Part shown: in pieces, positions 1 through 7,197 of the stretch
Position numbering within the stretch: the stretch's first letter is position 1
Layout of the letters: each line of letters opens with the position of its first letter
DNA from: an uncultured bacterium
GTDB lineage: Bacteria; Abyssobacteria; SURF-5
Length of the DNA: 15,984 nucleotides
NCBI GenBank assembly: GCA_964510165.1
Contig: CAZEBC010000087.1
Location: 1-15,984 of the forward strand
Reading direction: 5' to 3'
Position numbers and translations under genes: made by a program
Notes under the pieces: model-generated
Database searches by the model: none
The model's input: the letters and a program-made list of their open reading frames with translations, nothing else
What the model was told of the DNA's origin: nothing

Positions 1-19
1 CCCTTTCCCCTTTTCCCCC
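1..19. repeat. 8-bp-period pyrimidine/purine short tandem repeat (CCCTTTCC CCTTTTCC CCC), truncated by window edge
   Basis: Same (AAGGGGAA)n unit on the minus strand as at 2699-2730, and likewise just after a stop codon (cytochrome gene). Confidence 0.55.
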
Positions 20-31
20 AAACGGTTTCCT

Positions 32-1546
32 CTACGGCTGCACGCCCGTGTGGCAGTCGTAGCAGGGCATCTCGCGCCAGGCCTCGGCGATGTCGACTGG
101 ATGCTGGAACTCCAGGCCCTCAAGCGAGGTGGCCACCTGCTCTCCGCTTCCCTGGCTGATGATGGTGTGGCACGAGTTGCAGTCGTGGCTGATCACCTGC
201 CCGGCCTTGCTCACGTGGTTGCCGTCGTGACAGCGGTAACAGCCCTTCCAGATGAGGTGGCCGATGTTGTCGGGGTAAGTGTCCCACCTGACATTCATCT
301 CGGGAAAAAAGTTGTTGCGATAGATGTTTTCTAGCTCGTCAACGGCCTGCTTTATCTGCAGTTGTTTGAACTCGTAAACCTTCGGAAAGTTGGTCTTGTA
401 GTAAGCCTGCATTTCATCCGCGATCGTGCGCAGCGCCTCATCCGTGGTCTTGTACTCCTTGGCGAGGAGTTCCACTCCCTTGGCCTTGACGTATGGCAGT
501 TCCGGGTCGATGCGGAGGGTCTGGAGCGCAAGGTTGACGGCGCGGCTCGGAGACTGGAATATATGAGTGGGCCGGTCGTGACAATCAATGCAGTCCATCC
601 GGCGAACCTCGTAGGACTCCGGCGGATTCGGCAGCGGATTGTCCTTCGACTCATAGACGGTGACGGTGCCGTTCTCGTCGGTCTTGCGAATCCATGCGAT
701 ATCCTGACGCTGTTTGTCGGTCGCGATGTAATGGATTTCGTTCTCGATGCTCATATGCCAGTGGATGCCGCCAACGCGCCCAAACGTGGGGTCGCCGCCG
801 CCAACCTTGATGAGCATGGTGACCTGCCAAGGCGTATTCTGCTCATCGCCAAGGAAATGATGGTTCTCCTGCTGAACCGCGCCGTAAAACTGCCTCGGCC
901 AATGGCACTGCTCGCAGGTCTCCTGCGCGGGACGCAGGTTCTTGATGGGCGTCGGGATGGGACGCGGGTATAGGTCGAATGCCGTCGCGTACACCTGATA
1001 CATGCCGGAGAGCTTGGAGCGCACGAACCAGCCGGCGCCGGGCCCGATATGGCAGTCCACGCAGGCGACACGCGCGTGCGGAGAGTTCTTGTACGCCGTG
1101 AACTCGGGCTTCATCACCTGGTGACATGTCTGTCCGCAGAAGCCGACCGAATCGCTGAAATGATATGCGCGATAACTGCCGACCGCGCTGAGCAGAAGGA
1201 ACAGCCCGATCGCGCCCGCCGTCCACAAGAGCGTTCGCCTCTTGTCGGGCACGTTGAGGTCGAGCACCGGGAACAGCGGCAAGTGCTCGGGATGTTCCAG
1301 ATGCCGCCTGTGCCGCTCCAGCAGCACGCCCCCGATGATAACCGCGATGCCGCCTACCAGGAACACCGGCAGCACCATGTAGGCGACGATGCCCGTGTAG
1401 ATGCTGGTGCCCCCTCCAACAAAATCAATCAGCAGGAAGAAGAAGATGAGGAAGAGCGAGACGCCGGCGATGAGCAGGCCGGCAATGCTGACCTTGTTTT
1501 GAAGCAGCGGTTTTTGGAGTTTCTCTGGTTGTGGAGTTGATGTCAT
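32..1546 (-). CDS. Membrane-anchored multiheme cytochrome c, NapC/NirT family N-terminal domain with extended C-terminal heme domain (7 heme-binding motifs)
   Basis: Three N-terminal hydrophobic helices. Motifs CGQTCH (CxxxCH, followed by QVM), CVDCH, CEQCH, CIDCH, CYRCH, CNSCH, CYDCH. NapC/NirT-like context 'FCG.TCH..M.P...AY..SPH..V.CVDCHIG'. Confidence 0.9.
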   Translation of the reverse strand: MTSTPQPEKLQKPLLQNKVSIAGLLIAGVSLFLIFFFLLIDFVGGGTSIYTGIVAYMVLPVFLVGGIAVIIGGVLLERHRRHLEHPEHLPLFPVLDLNVPDKRRTLLWTAGAIGLFLLLSAVGSYRAYHFSDSVGFCGQTCHQVMKPEFTAYKNSPHARVACVDCHIGPGAGWFVRSKLSGMYQVYATAFDLYPRPIPTPIKNLRPAQETCEQCHWPRQFYGAVQQENHHFLGDEQNTPWQVTMLIKVGGGDPTFGRVGGIHWHMSIENEIHYIATDKQRQDIAWIRKTDENGTVTVYESKDNPLPNPPESYEVRRMDCIDCHDRPTHIFQSPSRAVNLALQTLRIDPELPYVKAKGVELLAKEYKTTDEALRTIADEMQAYYKTNFPKVYEFKQLQIKQAVDELENIYRNNFFPEMNVRWDTYPDNIGHLIWKGCYRCHDGNHVSKAGQVISHDCNSCHTIISQGSGEQVATSLEGLEFQHPVDIAEAWREMPCYDCHTGVQP

Positions 1547-1567
1547 GACGTGAAGTTCCCCCTGTTA

Positions 1568-1617
1568 GTAGGGACGCAATTTGTTGCGCCAGCGGGCGCG
1601 ATGAATCGCGCCCTTAC
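1568..1617. repeat. Inverted doublet of GTAG-type REP palindromes (REPIN/BIME-like)
   Basis: GTAGGGACGCAATTTGTTGCGCC on + (1568-1590) and GTAAGGGCGCGATTCATCGCGCCC on - (1617-1594). Related copies at 8105, 11277, 15892. Confidence 0.7.
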
Positions 1618-1631
1618 AAATGGACCGGCGA

Positions 1632-2498
1632 TTACGACCCCATCGTTGCGTAGCCTTTCTTGGTCTCCGACGGTTGTTCGAGTTTGAGCACAAGGCATTT
1701 TGTGGCGCCCCCAGCCTTGATGAACTCGGACATGCCGAACTCATGCACGATGTAGCCCCTGTCCTCGAGCGCGGGCCTGAGGCTTTTCCTGCCGCCCTCG
1801 GCCTGTATGTAATGATTGCCGACGACTACCGCGTTGCAGACAAACTGCACGGCCTCTTCCTCGGTCACCTCGATGCGGTCGGCAAAGTTTTCCCTGATGA
1901 CCGCACGCGCGTACGAATCGAATGCGCCCGGATAATACACCACGCTCTCCGCGCTGAGCGGGCAAAAGCAAGTATCAAGGTGATAGAAGCGCGGGTCCAC
2001 AAGCTCCAGCGAGACCACCCGCGCGCCGAGCAGTTCGGCCACCTTCGCATGCGCGCTCACGTCGGACCGGATGAGATATCCGGCGAACGCGTTCGAGGGG
2101 TCGGCGAAGAGCACGTCACCCTCGCCCTCAAAGTAGCCTTGCGGAACATTGTAAACGATATATCCCTTTTCTTTGAACCACGCCTCATAATGCGGACTTT
2201 CGCCCGCGCGCTCCTTGTTGCGAAAGTTGCTCGAGATGAATATCTTGCCGCGCGCGATGCCCGCGTTTGCCGTGAACACCATGTCGGGCAACCCGCGAAC
2301 AGGTTCGATGAGTTCGACGGTCAACCCGATGTCCCGCACAAGGAAAAAGTATAGCGTTTCCCACTGGCTGAGCGCAAGGGCGCGGTCGGCCTGCCGCTCG
2401 AGGCTCATCCAGGGATTGATCTCGTATTCAATGCCGAAATGGGTCGGCCGACACATTAATAAAGGGGGAAACGGGAAAACGGGAGGGCCGAACATCAT
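1632..2498 (-). CDS. Amidinotransferase/DDAH-superfamily (pentein) enzyme, most similar to the arginine dihydrolase domain of ArgZ/AgrE
   Basis: Motifs LMCRP..F.I.YEINPWM, PDMVFTANAG, FEGEGD, FYHLDTCF, FIKAGGATKCL (Cys-His-acid catalytic set). Lies next to an AgrE-C-terminal homolog and putA. Start could be 2498 or 2495. Confidence 0.85.
   Translation of the reverse strand: MMFGPPVFPFPPLLMCRPTHFGIEYEINPWMSLERQADRALALSQWETLYFFLVRDIGLTVELIEPVRGLPDMVFTANAGIARGKIFISSNFRNKERAGESPHYEAWFKEKGYIVYNVPQGYFEGEGDVLFADPSNAFAGYLIRSDVSAHAKVAELLGARVVSLELVDPRFYHLDTCFCPLSAESVVYYPGAFDSYARAVIRENFADRIEVTEEEAVQFVCNAVVVGNHYIQAEGGRKSLRPALEDRGYIVHEFGMSEFIKAGGATKCLVLKLEQPSETKKGYATMGS
2461..2487. repeat. 8-bp-period short tandem repeat (AAAGGGGG AAACGGGA AAACGGGA GGG), inverted relative to the 2699-2730 array
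   Basis: Read directly. Encodes the low-complexity PPVFPFPPL N-terminus of the amidinotransferase. Confidence 0.6.
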
Positions 2499-2505
2499 TC
2501 TTCAC

Positions 2506-2697
2506 TCACGGGTTCTTGCTTCTTAAGGATTTCATCTGGTTTGAGAGGAAGCGACTGACTTCTAGAACTGTCCGCCGCAGATCGTCATGGTCTGACTGCG
2601 TGAGATGGCCCAGTTCCAACGCGACTCGTAGAAGACCCTTTTGCCACAAGAGCAAGTCCTCGAAGCTTTCAATCTTACTTCTCGAGTTTCCTTCCAT
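2506..2697 (-). pseudogene. Internally deleted four-helix-bundle protein (23S rRNA IVS-protein / TIGR02436-like), 63 aa
   Basis: The family N-terminal signature KIESFEDLLLWQKG is joined directly to the family C-terminal part LLRVALELGHL...LEVSRFLSNQMKSL. The conserved central Q..RAAVSI..NIAEG segment is missing. Flanked by short tandem repeats. Confidence 0.8.
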
Positions 2698-2698
2698 T

Positions 2699-2730
2699 TT
2701 CCCCTTTTCCCCTCTTGCCCTCTTCCCCTT
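2699..2730. repeat. Four tandem 8-mers RAGGGSAA on the minus strand (AAGGGGAA GAGGGCAA GAGGGGAA AAGGGGAA)
   Basis: Read directly. Fills essentially the whole gap between the cyclodeaminase stop and the four-helix ATG. Confidence 0.75.
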
Positions 2731-3951
2731 TTAGCCCCAAATTCTTAGTTCCCCGCACAGTTCGCGGAGAAACGGCTCGATGTCGGTGACAATGCCGGCC
2801 GCCTGGAACGAGCCTCGATCCGCCAGCTTGGTGACGACCGCCGGATTGATATCCACGCAGATCGTCCTGACCGCGGCGGGCAGCAGGTTGCCGACGGCGA
2901 CCGAATGCAGCGTCGTCGCGATCATGAGCGCGACGCCCACGTCGCCGATCATCTGGCGCATGCCACGTTGGGCCTCGATGACGTCGGTTATCACTTCGGG
3001 GAGCGGGCCGTCATCGCGTATCGAGCCAGCAAGCAGGAATGGCACGTCGTGCGTCACGCATGCGTGCATGATGCCGCTCCTGAGCACGCCCTGCTCGACC
3101 GCCTGCCTGATGCCGCCGCATCTGCGAATGGCGTTGATGGCGCGCATGTGGTTTTCGTGCCCGTGCACGGCGGGGATTCCCCTGTCGAGGTACACGCCGA
3201 GCGAGGTGCCGAAGAGCGCGTACTCGATATCGTGCACGGCGAGCGCGTTTCCGGCGAACAGGATATTTATGTAATTCGACTGGATGAGGCGGACGAAATG
3301 GAGCGCCGCGCCGGTGTGCACGACTGCGGGTCCGGCGACCGCGAGTATCTTCTTGCCGCGATAGCGGATGTCCTGCAAACAGCGGGCAATGTCCTTCACG
3401 ACCGCGCCTTTGGGCTTTTCTGTCGAGACAGCGCTCGACATGAACCCAAACACGTCCTCTTTCTGGGGCCGCTCGACCGGCATGACCTTCACGCCCCGGT
3501 GGCCGGTCACGATGAGGTCGCCGCGCCCTACCTCGCTTATCGGCACGCACTCGGCGCGTTTTCGTTCGGGCGACACGCGGATGCCGCAGTCCATCTCGGG
3601 GCGCTCGACCTCAAGCCAGCGCCCTCCGAGCCGGATGCGTGTCTGCTGGTTCGTGGTGGAATAGAAGTCGTCCGGAAACACGCCGTCCTGCTCGACGGGC
3701 CTGAGTGTGCAGTCCTGCTCGTCCACGAGAGTGGCGCCATGCTGGCGGATTCTCTTGAGCACGCGGTCGAGCGTTTGTTCGTCCTTCGCGCTGAGCATGA
3801 TGCGTGCATAGCTGGGGTCCTCGCGTTTCTTTCCGACCCTGAGTTCCTCGATCTTGAAGTCGAGTCCGTTCTTGAGAAGTTCGTCGAGGATTTTCGGGAG
3901 CAGCAGCGAATCTATGATGTGGCCGCTTATCTCGACCGTCTCGGTATACAT
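2731..3951 (-). CDS. TIGR00300-family protein (LOR/SDH-like N-domain plus AgrE/ArgZ C-terminal-like domain), putative ornithine cyclodeaminase
   Basis: Motifs GHIIDSL, GVFPDDFYSTTN, PEMDCGI, FGFMSSAVSTEKP, GPAVVHTG, GNALAVHDIE, LAGSIRDDGPLP, CVDINPAVVTKLADRGS. GGAGG lies 7 nt before ATG 3951, which overlaps the putA stop (TGATG). Confidence 0.87.
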   Translation of the reverse strand: MYTETVEISGHIIDSLLLPKILDELLKNGLDFKIEELRVGKKREDPSYARIMLSAKDEQTLDRVLKRIRQHGATLVDEQDCTLRPVEQDGVFPDDFYSTTNQQTRIRLGGRWLEVERPEMDCGIRVSPERKRAECVPISEVGRGDLIVTGHRGVKVMPVERPQKEDVFGFMSSAVSTEKPKGAVVKDIARCLQDIRYRGKKILAVAGPAVVHTGAALHFVRLIQSNYINILFAGNALAVHDIEYALFGTSLGVYLDRGIPAVHGHENHMRAINAIRRCGGIRQAVEQGVLRSGIMHACVTHDVPFLLAGSIRDDGPLPEVITDVIEAQRGMRQMIGDVGVALMIATTLHSVAVGNLLPAAVRTICVDINPAVVTKLADRGSFQAAGIVTDIEPFLRELCGELRIWG

Positions 3952-6917
3952 CACATATCCTCCAGCGGCGCGAACCCGTGCCGCATGATGTTCTCGCTGA
4001 TTGATTGCGGCAGCATGAACTGGCTCAGGTAGTCCGGCCCGCCCGCCTTCGAGCCGGTGCCCGAGAACTTGAAGCCGCCGAACGGCTGCCTCTTCACTAT
4101 CGCGCCGGTTATCTTGCGATTGATGTAGAGGTTTCCGACGAAGAAATACTTACGCGCAAGCTCAATGTGGCGCGGCGTGCGCGAGTACAGGCCGCCCGTG
4201 AGTCCGTAAAGCGTCGCGTTTGCGATCCGGAGCGCATCATCGAAATCGCTCGCCTTCAATATGGCCAGCACCGGCCCGAAGATTTCGTCCTGCGCGAGCT
4301 GGCTATCCGGCGCGACATCGGTGAAGATGGTCGGCCCGATGAAATGACCGCCGCTGAGATGCGATACGTCCGCCTCTAGCAACAACCGGGCCTCCCTCTT
4401 GCCGATATCAATATAGCGCCGAGCCTTTTCGACCGCTTTTTCATCAATGAGCGGCCCTACCTGAAACGACGGGTCCTCCGCCGGGCCGACGTTCAGGCTT
4501 CGGGTGGCATCGGCAAGCCGACTTACAAAGCGGTCGTGCACGCCCGCCAGCACGATGGCCCGCGAGGCCGCCGAGCATTTCTGGCCCTGGTAGCCGAACG
4601 CGGACGCGATGACACCCGGCGCCGCCTGGTCGAGGTCGGCAGTGCCATCAATGATGATCGCGTTCTTGCCGCCCATCTCGGCGACGACGCGCTTGATGCC
4701 ACGGCGCGACATGTGCTCGGCGGCCAGCTTGTTGATGCGGATGCCGACCTCGCGCGAGCCGGTAAACGCAATGAAATCAATGTCGGGGCTTTTCACCATG
4801 TGCTCGCCGATGACCTCGCCCCGGCCGAACAGGAGATTCGCCACACCGGGCGGAAAGCCGGCCTCTTCGTATATCTCCATCAGGTGGGCCGCGATGACTG
4901 GCGACTGCTCGGCCGGCTTCATGATGATTGCGTTGCCGGCGGCAATCGCGGCGGATGACATGCCGGTCAGGATCGCGAGCGGGAAATTCCACGGCGCGAT
5001 GATCACGCCCACTCCGCGAGGCACATACAAGTATTCGTTCGTTTCGCCGAGGAGCCGCACCGTGGATGTGTCAGCGGTAAGGCGAAGCAGTTCGCTCGCG
5101 TAATACCGGAGATAATCAATCGCCTCGCACACGTCGGCGTCGGCCTCACGCCAGTTCTTGCCGACCTCGTACACCTCAAGCGCAGCCAGCCTGAACCGTC
5201 TCCGACTCATGATGTCGGCGGCGCGCAGCAGGAGTTCGGCGCGCTTGGCGGGCGGAGTTTCGCGCCAGGTCGCGGACGCCCCATGCGCGCACTCGAGGGC
5301 GCGGTCGGCGAGCGCGATCGTGGCCCGCGAGACAAGGCCAACCACTTGCTCGGTGCGGGACGGGTTCAGCGAACGGGCAATATCCGCAGAGACAACTCTC
5401 TCGCCGCCGAGCACCAAAGGATACGTGCGGCCCAGTTCGCCTGCCACGTCATCGAGCGCCTTCCTCATGCGCTCGCGAAATTCCACCTTCGAGAAATCGG
5501 CAATCGGCTCGTTTTTAAATTGCGGCTCTGCGGACGGCTTCGGCGCGGGCTTCCGTGTTTCCGGGGCGAGAAGCTCCGATGGATTTCTAAGCAATTCCTC
5601 CGGCGACAGGCCGATGAAAAAATCCTGCCGGAGGAACGATTCATTGGATGTGTTTTCCAGAATCCTTCTCACGAGATAGGCCATGCCCTGGATGAGGTCC
5701 CCAAACGGCGTGTAAACGCGGAGCGGATAGTCGGTCTTGAGGATGGCCCTCTTTATCGGATCGCCCATCCCATAGAGCATCTGAAATTCGAGATGCGCCG
5801 GTTCGACACCGAGCGATTCTGCGCATGCCATCGCGTGCGCGATGCTTCTGATGTTGTGGCTGCCGATGGCGGTGCGCACGTTCGGAAAATGTTCGAGCAG
5901 GAGGCGCGTGAGGCGCTCAAAGTTCGAGTCGGTCTCCGCCTTCGAGAGAAATACCGGAATCGGCCACTCCTGCTGGCGGGCGTTGATGATCTCGTAATCC
6001 CAGTAAGCCCCCTTCACCAGACGAACCGTGACGGGAGTTCCTCGCCGCTCGACCCACTTGAGCGTGTCGCGGACAAGGCGCTCCGATTCCTTAAGGTAGG
6101 CCTGCAGCACAATGCCTGCATCGGGAAACTCGCGGAACTCGTCCTCGTCGAGGAGTTCGCGGAAGATCGCGAGCGTCAGGTCGCACTCCTCGTATTGTTC
6201 CATATCCACGCAAATGAAGGCGCCGACTTCCCTCGCAGCCCGGAAAACCGTTCGGAGCCTTTCAAGGACGCTTCGCTTGCTTCCCTGCTGGTCAACCGGA
6301 TCGAAGTGCGAATACAGCGACGAGAGCTTGAGCGAAATGTTCGGGCGATCGGGCGTTTTGGCGGCCGCTTCAAGTTCAGGCCACCTGGCGGACAAACTGC
6401 GCAACGCATCGAGGTAAGCGTTCATGTAACGCTCGGCCTCGGGCTCGCTGACGACGGCCTCGCCGAGCAGGTCGAGCGTGAAGGTCATGCCCTCCTGCCG
6501 CAGTCCTTTCAGCACGTCGAACGATTGCGCGACATCGGCCCCCGCGATGAACTTGTGCGCCATGCGCGTCATCATCGCGTGGACCTCGCGCGAAAGCACG
6601 GCGCGGGTGAGCGAGGTCGGGCTTGAGAGGTCAATGCCGACCCGGAGGAACGCCGGAAACTCCCGGCCAGAGCGGGGAAAATATTGGCGGAGGTGGCTGA
6701 CGAGACGGTCGGCGCTATCGAGCGTGGGGAACACGTCAACGAACCGCAACAGATGGGTCTTGATGGCGTCGTTCTTCATGCACCATTCGAGAATCTGATT
6801 CTCCCACCACTGCGACTGGAAAATGGAGGGCGCCTTTTCCTCCACATCCGAGAACAGCTTGAACCCGAGCGCCTTGGTCCGCAACTCGATCTGCTTGCTT
6901 GCCGTTTCTGCTCGCAT
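3951..6917 (-). CDS. putA: Bifunctional proline dehydrogenase / L-glutamate gamma-semialdehyde (P5C) dehydrogenase, minimal PutA without RHH DNA-binding domain
   Basis: PRODH motifs DLLGE, SLKLS, VDMEQ, RLVKGAYWD, GSHN, EFQMLYGM, YLVRRILEN. ALDH motifs PWNFP, FTGS, EMGGKN, GQKCSA, EIFGP, QPFGG. GAGG RBS before ATG 6917. Confidence 0.95.
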   Translation of the reverse strand: MRAETASKQIELRTKALGFKLFSDVEEKAPSIFQSQWWENQILEWCMKNDAIKTHLLRFVDVFPTLDSADRLVSHLRQYFPRSGREFPAFLRVGIDLSSPTSLTRAVLSREVHAMMTRMAHKFIAGADVAQSFDVLKGLRQEGMTFTLDLLGEAVVSEPEAERYMNAYLDALRSLSARWPELEAAAKTPDRPNISLKLSSLYSHFDPVDQQGSKRSVLERLRTVFRAAREVGAFICVDMEQYEECDLTLAIFRELLDEDEFREFPDAGIVLQAYLKESERLVRDTLKWVERRGTPVTVRLVKGAYWDYEIINARQQEWPIPVFLSKAETDSNFERLTRLLLEHFPNVRTAIGSHNIRSIAHAMACAESLGVEPAHLEFQMLYGMGDPIKRAILKTDYPLRVYTPFGDLIQGMAYLVRRILENTSNESFLRQDFFIGLSPEELLRNPSELLAPETRKPAPKPSAEPQFKNEPIADFSKVEFRERMRKALDDVAGELGRTYPLVLGGERVVSADIARSLNPSRTEQVVGLVSRATIALADRALECAHGASATWRETPPAKRAELLLRAADIMSRRRFRLAALEVYEVGKNWREADADVCEAIDYLRYYASELLRLTADTSTVRLLGETNEYLYVPRGVGVIIAPWNFPLAILTGMSSAAIAAGNAIIMKPAEQSPVIAAHLMEIYEEAGFPPGVANLLFGRGEVIGEHMVKSPDIDFIAFTGSREVGIRINKLAAEHMSRRGIKRVVAEMGGKNAIIIDGTADLDQAAPGVIASAFGYQGQKCSAASRAIVLAGVHDRFVSRLADATRSLNVGPAEDPSFQVGPLIDEKAVEKARRYIDIGKREARLLLEADVSHLSGGHFIGPTIFTDVAPDSQLAQDEIFGPVLAILKASDFDDALRIANATLYGLTGGLYSRTPRHIELARKYFFVGNLYINRKITGAIVKRQPFGGFKFSGTGSKAGGPDYLSQFMLPQSISENIMRHGFAPLEDM

Positions 6918-6971
6918 ATGCCTCTTGTCTCGGCCACGTACAGGCGATGGACGGTCGGTGTCGCAAGATGA

Positions 6972-7000
6972 AGTCTAACAAACATCAGGCCCGCGGTCAA
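6972..7000 (-). promoter_or_regulatory. Putative sigma70 promoter of the putA operon
   Basis: TTGACC-N17-TAGACT with an extended -10 TG, about 55 nt upstream of the putA ATG. Confidence 0.65.
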
Positions 7001-7108
7001 CAGCGGAACTGCGCGGAATGGCGAAAAGGGGAAAGGCAAAAAAGCGACCAGGAACCCAATAACCGCGTGGTCAAATTCATTCGTAAAACCCGAAGACTAA
7101 GCAGCCAT

Positions 7109-7150
7109 AACCAGTGACCAAAAACGAGAAACCAGAGACCAGCAACTCGC
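7109..7150. repeat. Heptamer tandem repeat (AACCAGT GACCAAA AACGAGA AACCAGA GACCAGC AACTCGC)
   Basis: Six degenerate 7-mers with consensus RACCAGN, in the intergenic region between the SDR and putA. Confidence 0.6.
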
Positions 7151-7197
7151 GGCTTCACCGCGCCTCCATACCGTCCACTTTGTCCAGCCTGCCGGAA

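Noticed and set aside
2506-2697. DGR accessory protein Avd / diversity-generating retroelement, or a real 23S rRNA IVS
   Set aside because: No reverse transcriptase, no TR/VR repeat pair and no rRNA sequence in the window.
2905-6626. Long plus-strand ORFs (375 aa at 2905-4032, 447 aa at 5283-6626) and similar antisense ORFs elsewhere (e.g. 1620-2354, 9098-9847, 11425-12207, 14407-15312)
   Set aside because: They are antisense shadows of well-supported genes in GC-rich DNA, with no recognisable motifs.
6918-7197. Riboswitch (e.g. guanidine) or CRISPR array upstream of putA
   Set aside because: The predicted 5' UTR is only about 50 nt with no recognisable aptamer. The repeats are 7-9-bp tandem units without spacers.
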